The position numbers were made by a program, and so were the translations under genes. The notes under the pieces were generated by a model that saw only the letters and a list, made by a program, of their open reading frames with translations, ran no database searches and was not told where the DNA came from. A stretch of 64,000 bases of DNA from Ignavibacteriota bacterium (GTDB lineage Bacteria; Bacteroidota; Ignavibacteria; Palsa-1295): contig CAWBEI010000004.1 in the NCBI GenBank assembly GCA_963787835.1, forward strand, positions 362,918 through 426,917, given 5' to 3'. Of the stretch, positions 54,821 to 64,000 are shown piece after piece. The first letter of the stretch is position 1. Each line of letters opens with the position of its first letter.

Positions 54821-54837
54821 AGCGAATCGCGTGCCAA
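54821..54837 (-). promoter_or_regulatory. Possible sigma54 -24/-12 promoter
   Basis: Minus strand TTGGCACG-CGAT-TCGCT (GG-N10-GC). Confidence 0.45.
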
Positions 54838-55007
54838 TCCATCGAACCGTTTAATTTTGGTGATTTTTAAATTCGATTTCGGGTTTTGTAATTGTTTGCG
54901 CAAGAGCAAATTCTGGTTGAAGTTTTTGGCATGGCAATTGGTGCTGTATTTTATTTTGAACACCCCCACAATTCATAACAATAAGGTAATATTTACCTGT
55001 GAAAAAG

Positions 55008-55907
55008 TTACAACTCCAATTTCAATTCCTGGCCAATCATCGCAAGTTTCACATCCAATCCACACAATTCATTCATCCGTTTAAGAAAATGATTCGACAT
55101 TTCTGGCGTGAGAGATTTTGTCGGTGTATGAAGGAAGAAATAGACGGTTTGCAAACCGTTATCGATCCATTGCTTAAGGTGACGTGCCCATTCGTCGATG
55201 CGGATGAAATCGGTGGGATGCAATTCATTCCCGTCGAACCGAATGAAGGCAGAGGGAGTGGTCAGGCACATGTGCAGGGCATCGCGGCGGCCTGCGGTAT
55301 CGGTGATGACGGTTCCGATCTTGCGTTTCTTCATTTCTTCGAAGAGTTTATTTAAGAGTTCCCCATCTGCAAACCAGTCCGCTTGCCGAAGCTCGACGTG
55401 CAGAGGAAGCGTAGCATCCCACAGATCAAAAAAATTCAATAGGTCATCGAACCGTTGCGGCGAAAATGTGGAATGTAATTGCAAGAACACCGTTCCAAGA
55501 TGATCGCCGAAGGCATGCATGGAATCGCAAAATTCTGTTAGCGCCGCCCTGTTCCTTCCCAACGGTTTTACCTGACAGATCGGCTGCGATACTTTCGGGC
55601 AAAAGAGAAATCCTTTCGGAACCACACTGATCCAACCTTCCACCATTTTCTGCGTCGGGATTCGGTAGAGTGTCATGTTTTGCTCGATCACCTTGAACTG
55701 TTGAGAGTAGAATTTCAGGTAGTCTTTCGGTTTTGTGCCTTTTGGGTAGATCTTGCCGGGAAATGCATCATTTCCCCATTCGGGCAATCCTGAGTAGATA
55801 TTGACCTTTTTGGCCGGCTTTCCCTTTAATACTGTTGAAGTTATGGGATGATCCGGCGGCATCGAAAAGTCGATCGTGCTGATCTCGTCTAAATGTCCAA
55901 ATTTCAT
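55008..55907 (-). CDS. DUF72 domain protein
   Basis: MKFG..., Y.G.P.W, FCPK, FLQL, ELR, ITDTAGRRD, YFFLH. Confidence 0.9.
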   Translation of the reverse strand: MKFGHLDEISTIDFSMPPDHPITSTVLKGKPAKKVNIYSGLPEWGNDAFPGKIYPKGTKPKDYLKFYSQQFKVIEQNMTLYRIPTQKMVEGWISVVPKGFLFCPKVSQPICQVKPLGRNRAALTEFCDSMHAFGDHLGTVFLQLHSTFSPQRFDDLLNFFDLWDATLPLHVELRQADWFADGELLNKLFEEMKKRKIGTVITDTAGRRDALHMCLTTPSAFIRFDGNELHPTDFIRIDEWARHLKQWIDNGLQTVYFFLHTPTKSLTPEMSNHFLKRMNELCGLDVKLAMIGQELKLEL

Positions 55908-56268
55908 AGAATACAAATTTACGACAATGATGTTCATTTCCGCTATAACTCCATTCATTTCTGCAATAAAATCTAACCTAATGTTACGCAATCTTACCTC
56001 AATCTTCCTTCAAAAATTCGCGCCAATCCACCGAGTTATCAACACAAAATTTTCGCGATCCATTTTTGACGTTGGTGAGGGTGTCTATGTGTAAAGATGG
56101 AGTAGGACCTCAAGCTCCTGAAGAGATCCCAAAAGCTCTTTATATCTTGCGAGGGATGGCGCATCCATATCGATTACAAGCGGAGGATCACAGCGAAGCA
56201 TGAATGTAATATTGGTTGCTCTCGCCGCTGCATCTAATGCCTCATGGTGAAGCTCCTTCTCATCCATC

Positions 56269-57240
56269 TCAAAATACCCCGTGCATTCGTGTTCTGCATT
56301 TCGGCCAGTGGAGCGGCGGGACGGGTCCCTTCGCGCTGCTGGCCGTCTCTGGCGTCAGGAATGGCACCGATTGCTTCAGATCTTCTGTCGTGCGTGCTTG
56401 CAGCTTCGCAGTGACCGTATCTTCAGCGTGCGCCATCTCGAACACCTGCCCATTCGTAACAGCCTGGCATATCGGACTCGTTCGCTTATCGCGCGGATTA
56501 TAGAGCGTGTAGTGCGTCACGCCAAGCGATTTCAATTGATAGGTCGAGCCAATATTGCGCGATGAATTGATGATGTGTACTGACAAATTGTCAAAGTAAC
56601 TTTTCGATAGCGTACCGGCATCGCTGGCAAGAAGACGATCGTTCACCATCGACATCAGCTTTGCCGATAGATCGTCGCGCGTGATCGTACCCGAGAAAAA
56701 TCCTTCGACTTCATTTTTGATCGACTCCTGCAATTGATCGTCCCAAAAACTTCCAGCTGCGATCATCAGCTGCTGCGTGAGCGCTTCGAGTGCATGCTGC
56801 TCCGTCAGTCCGAAGACCGCGCCGAACATAATATCGTTCATTTTCACCAGGCGCTTTTTCGCCTGGGCGAAATCATGGTTCACGGTGTCCTTCCCTTTTT
56901 GGAAGCCCTGCGAGATCGTCAACTGCGCGACGTGCTGCACGCGCTGCGCGATCGCCGGTCCCGAGAGTGAGTGCGATAGCACCTGCATGATCTTCGGCAC
57001 TTCCGCGAGCGACGGACCGCCCATGAGCGAACCCAAGATCGAATAATGGTGCATCGCCTGGACCGCGCTCTTCACCTGAGCATCCCACACATCGTAGAGC
57101 GCTGCGCGAAGCATAAGCTCCTGATGGATCGGCGCGTGAGGATCCTTCGCAACAGCTTTGTTGAAAAGCATCTTGTCGATCATCGCACCGAGCACTTCAT
57201 CTGCCCAGTAATTTAGTTCAAGCCATTGAAGTGTTGTCAT
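56269..57240 (-). CDS. Phage head morphogenesis protein (Mu gpF/SPP1 gp7-like)
   Basis: DKRTSPIC...GQVF and PPLHWPKCR. Confidence 0.85.
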   Translation of the reverse strand: MTTLQWLELNYWADEVLGAMIDKMLFNKAVAKDPHAPIHQELMLRAALYDVWDAQVKSAVQAMHHYSILGSLMGGPSLAEVPKIMQVLSHSLSGPAIAQRVQHVAQLTISQGFQKGKDTVNHDFAQAKKRLVKMNDIMFGAVFGLTEQHALEALTQQLMIAAGSFWDDQLQESIKNEVEGFFSGTITRDDLSAKLMSMVNDRLLASDAGTLSKSYFDNLSVHIINSSRNIGSTYQLKSLGVTHYTLYNPRDKRTSPICQAVTNGQVFEMAHAEDTVTAKLQARTTEDLKQSVPFLTPETASSAKGPVPPLHWPKCRTRMHGVF

Positions 57241-57384
57241 GGAAGGATAGTCTCGGTACGCTTATCGCTCACTGTGTAAACCGGTTTGGTGTCAACAATT
57301 ATAGCGTAAGTATTGCCATAATTATTGTAATTCTCGCGGGCACGTTGGATCGCATCTTCGATCGTGTCTCCACCATTTGCCCAT

Positions 57385-57708
57385 TCATGATTGTAAAGGA
57401 TGATGTAGCGAGTTGTTTTCACTGTCAAAATGTTTTTTTGAAGGGTTGTTTTTGTGTTTTTTTAGGAAATCATGGACTGCAATTTCAAGCGCTTCTGGTG
57501 TAATATAGTCGCCTTCAGGATCGATAATATTCGGCGCAAGAATGAGCGGATCGATGTGACCTGCATTCTGTGAAGAGGCTTTTGATCTTTTCACGGCATC
57601 CTTGAGATCATTGGATAAAATTGGATCTTGGCGCTCCATATAATTAGCGATATAAAGGATTACATCCCAGGCACCGAAAAATCCAAGTATATCAAGAAGA
57701 ACGTCCAT
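57385..57708 (-). CDS. Small phage protein containing an XkdF-like segment
   Basis: PNIIDPEGDYITPEALEIAVHDF resembles the XkdF N-terminal motif. Confidence 0.4.
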   Translation of the reverse strand: MDVLLDILGFFGAWDVILYIANYMERQDPILSNDLKDAVKRSKASSQNAGHIDPLILAPNIIDPEGDYITPEALEIAVHDFLKKHKNNPSKKHFDSENNSLHHPLQS

Positions 57709-58017
57709 TTCAAAATGTTACTGCACCCGTGACGATGATCGCGCCGAACCAATACGCTACGCGGTGATAATCTTTCTGAATCGCGTAGCAAAGGCACGCG
57801 CATACTTGCAGGCACATCATGGCGATCGCGAATGTTTTACCCAGGTCCATGGAGTCCTTCCATTTCATGTTGTCGCACAAAATAATGTTCTTCACTCTCG
57901 AATTCCTTTCGGCAGCACAGGCACACGCGCACACGTTGCCACACCGATCGCCAGGGCTGCGTGAGCCTGACGTACGATCCCATCCGCGAGTGGCAATGTG
58001 GGCATTCGGGATGTCGG

Positions 58018-58341
58018 TCAGGTTGCTTTATTCGTTCGGCTCGTGGTGGATCGTAGGATGGTGCAGAGGAGTGCGTGTTTGTTTTCGGCATTATCGAGAA
58101 GATCAGTGATGTAGGCGAACTTTCGTCGATCGCGAGGCGATAGGTTTTGGGCAGACGCCCATCGCAAAATTGCACATTCAAGAAGCGTAGCATCGTTAGG
58201 GTAGATGCCACGGAGCCACAAGCTTAAGGTGGTCACAGAATAATTTATCTCGGAAGATAGTTTCCCAAGCGAAATCTTTTTCTCTCGCACGATCGCGCGA
58301 AGATCATCGGATGATAGTGGGGAGCTTATCTTCTTCTCCAT
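58018..58341 (-). CDS. XRE/MuB-N-like HTH protein
   Basis: SLGKLSSEINYSVTTLSLWLRGIYP. Confidence 0.7.
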   Translation of the reverse strand: MEKKISSPLSSDDLRAIVREKKISLGKLSSEINYSVTTLSLWLRGIYPNDATLLECAILRWASAQNLSPRDRRKFAYITDLLDNAENKHALLCTILRSTTSRTNKAT

Positions 58342-59044
58342 TGTTACTACGATCGTAGCGCGTTATGGTTTAGGGTAAGAATCCCCCGCCCAGCAATGGA
58401 CGGGGGATTTGTTTTGATCCCTTGAGTCGATCCGGCATTTTCGCCATTGGATCTATCTTCGGCATTTCTCTGAGTTCGTTTTGAACGATCGACATTCCCG
58501 CTTTACGAATCGCCTGCGCGCTGGATGTGGCAGCGACATTTCGATCGAATGCCTCGCTCTCCCCTTCATCAATCCAGCATGTCACTTCGATGCGAACTGT
58601 ATAATGTTTGAGATGAGGATTGATTGGTCGTTTGGCAATTTTCATGCTTTGCCTGCGCAAAAATAACAACGATTAGAAAGATGAGGGCTTCTGGCGCTCC
58701 TCATTCCGAACATTGAAAAAATTTTCCCACATAGAGATCTTCTCGATCTTCCGTCCTCTGCTTCAGCAACGATGAGGTGATAAAGTTTTTCAGATGGACG
58801 CTTGAGCCAATATGGGCTTTTATTCATTTCACCTCCCCGAAATGCGTTAGTTGCTCCATCCATTTCACGTTGGAGTTGATCGCCAAAAGCGATTTATTCA
58901 TATTCGAAAAAAGCTTCCTGGTACCCCCACCACTCACTTCGAACACCCATGTTCGATTGTCTCTTTTAAGAACGCCAATGTGCCGGCCATCGTGATCGAG
59001 CACATTGAAGCGATTGGTGTTCACCATCGAGATATACCACGTCA

Positions 59045-59290
59045 TCATTGTTTCTTCCTCCTCGTATTCCACGCCTTCAGCGCAGCGATCGTGCCGCGCA
59101 GGTGCTTGATGGTCTCATTGCGTTCCTGATACCGCTTCTTATATTGATCGCGCTCGCGGATGAGCGTGTCGTAATTCAGCGCCATCTTCTCAGTCGCGTC
59201 GGCGATGCGCTGAAGCGAACCAGCATTGATCTGCTCAATTGTAGCTCCGCCCGTCCATTCCTGCTTACTGCTATTTCGAAGGGTGCTCAT
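59045..59290 (-). CDS. Small coiled-coil phage protein
   Basis: EQINAGSLQRIADATEKMA; overlapping start and stop codons. Confidence 0.55.
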   Translation of the reverse strand: MSTLRNSSKQEWTGGATIEQINAGSLQRIADATEKMALNYDTLIRERDQYKKRYQERNETIKHLRGTIAALKAWNTRRKKQ

Positions 59291-59760
59291 AATAAAATCC
59301 CAGGATAGCCCTGCACTTGTTTTAGAAATTCTTTCCAGTCGTCGCGCGCCTTCCAGGCATCGCCGCTGCTGTTCCTGCCGCGCACCAGGTATTGCAACCG
59401 TTTCTGCGTTTTGCCGTCCGGTTCAAGGACCGGCTCGATGAGTCCGAGCTTTTTCAGATCGAACATGCGCGCGGAGATAGTGCTCGTTTCGATGCCGGTC
59501 TCATCATGCACGGAACGAATGCAGCCCTCACCGCATCGCGTGAGCACCGATAAAATGAGCAGGTGAACGTCCTGAATCTTTCCTCGCACCTGGTTCCATG
59601 CTTCCAGCTGAGACTGGCTCAGGCGTAGCATTCGCGGCGGCGATGGTTGGAGATACCCGGGCGACTGCCCAAAGTCGCCTGCCCCTAACGGGGTATGCGC
59701 CAACGCATCGAGCCGCGTGGCTTCGGTGTAATGCGGATTCGGACGTTCACTCTTGCTCAT
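59287..59760 (-). CDS. Winged-helix phage protein
   Basis: ETGIETSTISARMFDLKKLGLI. Confidence 0.65.
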   Translation of the reverse strand: MSKSERPNPHYTEATRLDALAHTPLGAGDFGQSPGYLQPSPPRMLRLSQSQLEAWNQVRGKIQDVHLLILSVLTRCGEGCIRSVHDETGIETSTISARMFDLKKLGLIEPVLEPDGKTQKRLQYLVRGRNSSGDAWKARDDWKEFLKQVQGYPGILL

Positions 59761-59968
59761 ATTGCTCCTTCCTTTTTCAATTGCTCGATGAGCTTTTGAT
59801 TTCGGTCGAATGCTTCTTTGGGGATCACGATGGCTCCCTCGCTGAACTCTTCTTTGAATCGCTCACGAAGTCTCGATCCGATCCCAACAGGCTTGTCTTC
59901 AACCGATAGCTTTGAACTAACCGGTAGAAGCTTTTTTAGCATGTCGGGATGGATCGGCTCTTCAGACA

Positions 59969-60499
59969 TTATGCTTCGTAGGCTTCGAGCGTTTTGGTTG
60001 TGACTGACGCGGTCTCTTCTTCTTTTGACGCCTTAAGGCCGAGTTCCGCGAGAGCTTCATCATCGATCTTGCCTTCCGTATAGAGGTTTTTCAGGGCGGT
60101 TTTATTGATGGTTGGTTTTCCCTTTTTGATTCCGGCCTTTTTAATCGAAGCATCTGCTTCGCCAAGCTCATCAAGTACTTCCTCATCTTCCCATCCTTCG
60201 AGCAGTTCTATCTTGTAAGGATTCTCGCGGAATGAGATAGTGCCTCCGCGAAGCTCAAGCGTCTTTCGGCCTTTCGGGAATAATTCCTCATCCTCGCGAT
60301 TATCTTCGGCCCATGCTTCGATTTGCGATCGGAGACGCTTTGCGAGTTCTTCCTTTTCACTAATAAGAGGTGTGACGGTTGATCGCAATTTGGCGATGTC
60401 CTTATTCGCATCTGCGGTCTTCTCTTCTATCTCTGCTTCGACCGTCTGAAGCTCGTTTAGAGCAGCTTCGACCTCAGCAATGTTTTTAAGTTTTTTCAT
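59969..60499 (-). CDS. gam: Mu Gam-like host-nuclease inhibitor
   Basis: Coiled coil plus KTLELRGGTISFR...INKTALK. Confidence 0.85.
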   Translation of the reverse strand: MKKLKNIAEVEAALNELQTVEAEIEEKTADANKDIAKLRSTVTPLISEKEELAKRLRSQIEAWAEDNREDEELFPKGRKTLELRGGTISFRENPYKIELLEGWEDEEVLDELGEADASIKKAGIKKGKPTINKTALKNLYTEGKIDDEALAELGLKASKEEETASVTTKTLEAYEA

Positions 60500-60521
60500 C
60501 GGTATTCTGGTTTTAAAGTGA

Positions 60522-61049
60522 CTAAATCAAAACTGTAAAGAGGATGCTTGCCGGCGCGATCGAAGTACTCCGCCAGCACTCGAAATTGAGGCCCTTCGCG
60601 CGAAGCCATTCGCCGGCTGCGCGTGAGTCGTAAATGTGATCCTTCGTTGGATAAGGCCGCTCGATGGGATCTGCCTTGCGGCGCATTGGCTCGGGTTGCG
60701 CGTTCGGATTTTTGCGCTTGGCAAGCTCGGGATGTAAGCAGATATTTTCTACCATGTCGATGGAATGATTTTCAAGCTTATTAAGAGATTTGATTGCAGA
60801 GAGCACCTTGTCCATTCCATGCTTCTCAACAAGGTCCATCAATTCATCCCATCGCGGAGCCTTCAGCCAGTCATTGCCCATGCTGTGATGAATCACGAAA
60901 TGCGTTTTGACCGCCCCATGCTTTTTGTACATCGCCATGATCGCGTTCTGATCGAATTGCGAGCAGAAGTTGCGCCGATCGACCACGATGCCGAAGATCT
61001 CTTGTAGCTTCGCGCGGTCCTCGTTCGAAAAATCCCATTGTGAAGCCAT
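60522..61049 (-). CDS. Hypothetical phage protein
   Basis: 175 aa, directly after the transposase. Confidence 0.55.
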   Translation of the reverse strand: MASQWDFSNEDRAKLQEIFGIVVDRRNFCSQFDQNAIMAMYKKHGAVKTHFVIHHSMGNDWLKAPRWDELMDLVEKHGMDKVLSAIKSLNKLENHSIDMVENICLHPELAKRKNPNAQPEPMRRKADPIERPYPTKDHIYDSRAAGEWLRAKGLNFECWRSTSIAPASILFTVLI

Positions 61050-61051
61050 TA

Positions 61052-62619
61052 TTACTCCTGAATTAAGTTACCGAGTTCATCCACCATCATTACCGGCACT
61101 GCAAGCATCTCATCGATCGCTGTGGCCTTTGCTTTGATCGATCCTATAGTTTGAGGCGTGTCGAAAAAGCTTTCGATCTGCTCCCACACATCGGTGGGAA
61201 TGCTCGCAATGCCAAACCGGCCATTGGATAGCTTCATAAGTTCATCCGAGAATCGCGCGTTGACCTGGCTACCGCTCAGTAGATCGTCGTCCCGCTCGAT
61301 CTGCATTCGCATCGTCTCGCCGATCGGTTGCGCCGTCATGCTCGATTGTAGAATGAGTTCGTGACGCTGGCCGTCATGGAGCGTGAAATAAAATCCATGC
61401 ACGGAGAAGATCTCGATCTCATCTCCATCGCTGGCCCACAATGGCGCGATGCAAAAGATGTTCGGAGCCACGTTCACCAATCGCTGACGCACCTTGCATT
61501 TCTTCGTGCGCGAAAATAGCCCGAGCGCATTCTCATCCGGGAACATAGCGCTTTGGAGCGCAGGATAGAAAAGATTCCATTTGCCCAGGCTCGATCCATC
61601 TTCAGCTTTGCGCGTGGGATGCGCCATCTGGTTCCACTCTTCGAGCCATGCGTGAAGCTCGAAGTTGAGCGTGGCGAGGTCGGTTTCGGTGCCGTGTGGA
61701 TGCTTCAGCGAGTACATCATTTCGAAGCGGCGCTTCAATGTCTGCACCGATTTCTCCACTTTGCCGCGCGCTTTTTTATTCGAGCGTGGAAGCGTGCGGC
61801 CCATTGCATCTTTTTCGTTCGCGCCGATAATCATCTTCACGCCCATGCGCGCAAGGCCAACCTGCGTCGAGCCATCGACCCAGCCGGACCCGCGATCGAC
61901 GTAGATCGATTGTGGGATGCCCTGCAAAAGGAAATCATTCGGATGATGTGCGACGAACGGCTTTCGCGCGAATGCACGAAGCAAAAAGTTCTGCGCTTCG
62001 ATGGCCGACTCGCCTTTTGCAAGGAAGTACTCCATGTGCATGACGCGGCTGGCATCGTCGATCGCAACGCCAACCCACAAACGGCGCCGGTCGAGCGTCA
62101 TCTTCGTTGCCGATGGATTGCGAACCATCAGCCTTCCGTTGCCGACATGCTTCAAATGGCGGCTCACGCTAAAATCGCATTGATACATCGACATCGCGTG
62201 CTCACGCTCGAATCGCCGCGCCACCGGCGACCATTCGTTCTCCAGATCCTGCCGCGCGATCGCTTTGTAGATCATCTGCTCCGTTACCCACTTCGGTATT
62301 CGTTCCTCCGCTTGAAGGAATTCGAATGCGATGCGGTACGTGCAGGTGGCGTGATCGAACGAGTTCTGCTGCGCGAATTCGAACACCGTGGGCCATACGC
62401 ATCGAGCGCTTCACGCTTGATCTCCGTTGCCGACGATATGGCGCGCTGCTTGCGCGGCTTCACTTGCGATAGTTCCAGTTTGCGGTAGAGCGTTGCCACG
62501 CTCACGCCAAGATTTTGCGCCGACGCTTCGATCAGTGCGCGGCGTTCACGCGAAGTCTCACACGCAAGATAATCCGCGCGGATCGAAGTCAGCAAAAGTG
62601 GATCGATGGTGTGTCTCAT
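61052..62619 (-). CDS. Mu-like DDE transposase (frameshift near 62390)
   Basis: N-terminal HTH LGVSVATLYRKL; QCDFS, IDDASR, GIPQSIYVDRG, ARGKVEK catalytic motifs. Confidence 0.85.
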
Positions 62620-62969
62620 AGTGAGATGTGCGGAGCGATCAGGTGGCAGGTTCCAATTGTGCAAATTCTTCGCGCGTCATCTCTGTGATGTTGAGATGAA
62701 TGACGTTGACGATCCTGAATAACTCATAGATCTTCATCATTGATGAAGGTCGAAGTTCCATGATGAGCGTAGTCATGTCGTCATCATCGCCCACGCAATA
62801 ATTGATGGAAAGTACTCGCATCGGCTCATTGGTCGGCGCGATGTAATCTTTCTTCGTGAGAACGGGCGTCAAGCCATCGGGTGGACGCAAGGTTTCGCCG
62901 GTGATCGCTCGTTCGCTCACTGGCCGTCTGAAAGGATGGGATGCTGATTGTGAGGGCATGGTTATAGCA

Positions 62970-63807
62970 CCAATGGTGCGAATTAGTACGTTTGAAGTGA
63001 TGGAGCAAGCTCGAAGGGCTGCGTGAATTGTTTAGCGCATTCTCGACGATGCGCGTGTCGATGATCTTGGTGCGGTTCTCGCGGCGAAGCCAGACGGAAT
63101 TACGCACAGCCGCAAATAGATCGTTGGTTGTGGCAAGCTGCGCGAGGCGTTCCAGGCTTGCTTCATCGAAGTGCATGGCTTCGGATGGGAACCGTTGCGC
63201 GCACTTCGCGGATCTCGGAACGTTCGATCTTGCCGACCATGATCTCCGTCGCATGGCGATAGAAACTCAGTGGCGCTTTGAGCTTGTGGTAATGGCCGCT
63301 GATGAGGAATGCACAGCCGATCCACCGGCGCTCCTTCGTTTCGCGCACGATCACGGTATCCGCTTCTCGTTCAGCGATTTCACGATGCCGAATGCTTCGG
63401 CGGGCATCGTTTCGGCATTGTCGATCACAACGCAAATCAGCGCGGACCGCGATCGAGCGTGGGGTTCGCATAATCTTTCAGAAGCGCACTGAATCGTGCC
63501 TGCACATCAGCGATCCGCGTGGCGCATCGCCGGTGATCTCGCGCGAGATCGCGCGCTGGAAATACGTCTCATGCACGGCATAATAGCCGGGAATGATAAT
63601 GTTCACGAATTCGACAGTGGGGTTCTCGGGATGCGCTTTCGTGCGATACCGGCCCATCGAATCCTGATAGCCAAGGGCTTCCTGCATCTCGAAGGAAATG
63701 CGAGTTTTGCCATTGGAACCGCCTTTGAGGAGTACGATCTCGCGCTGCTCCAATGCGGACTGCGTGGGGATCATACATTTGATCTGCGATGATGTTAAGC
63801 GTGGCAT
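62970..63807 (-). pseudogene. MuB/ExeA-like AAA ATPase, multiply frameshifted
   Basis: IVLLKGGSNGKT (Walker A-like), CVVIDNAE (Walker B) and FDEASLERL...KIIDTRIVENAL lie in different frames. Confidence 0.6.
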
Positions 63808-64000
63808 GTTGTTTTAGGGTCGAGTTTACAGTAAAAAAATGGGAACCGCCATTGCTGACGGTTCCCGTTGATGAACTAACTACCGGATGATGCGGGTTGA
63901 GCCGCACCGGCGTTTTGATCGCTCGAAGGATCGGGCTCGGTTGCATCCGTGGATGTTGCATCCGTAGATGTCGCAGTTCCTCCCGACACTTCCGTGTGGA

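Larger units (their letters stand above)
56085..64000 (-). mobile_element. Mu-like transposable prophage (partial; runs off the window)
   Basis: DDE transposase, AAA ATPase, Gam, HTH proteins, dense small co-oriented ORFs and a head-morphogenesis gene. Confidence 0.85.

Noticed and set aside
61553-62488. 311 aa plus-strand ORF in the prophage
   Set aside because: Antisense to the DDE transposase, with no recognisable motifs.

Overview
Bacterial chromosome segment from the FCB (Bacteroidota/Chlorobi/Ignavibacteria/Kapabacteria-like) group, judged from 16S signatures, T9SS-type C-termini and Q-rule signal peptides. Left to right: a 5'-truncated outer-membrane protein and obgE; an AT-rich DnaA-box cluster (candidate oriC, no dnaA alongside); a ~13.3 kb gene for a giant T/S/G/A-rich fibre-like surface protein with nine near-identical ~214-221 aa modules; tRNA-Lys(CTT), marR and cca; a complete iscRSUA-hscBA-fdx-iscX operon interleaved with extra genes (unknowns, gmhA, sod) and with palindromic repeats in most gaps; a small accessory/defence island (HsdR-N/ATPase gene, repeat-flanked RelE TA pair); a stand-alone 16S rRNA gene with no tRNA or 23S after it; T9SS cargo genes, tsaA, ompA-like and DUF72 genes; and part of a Mu-like transposable prophage. 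Several genes carry single indels or in-frame stops, so assembly error is possible. The most notable non-coding signals are a recurrent ECF-like AAC-N17/19-GTT promoter motif (also at the rRNA gene), a covarying structured repeat family, an element shared between the oriC-like region and the rRNA upstream region, and HIP1-like CGATCG enrichment. All calls are by eye; no database searches were run.
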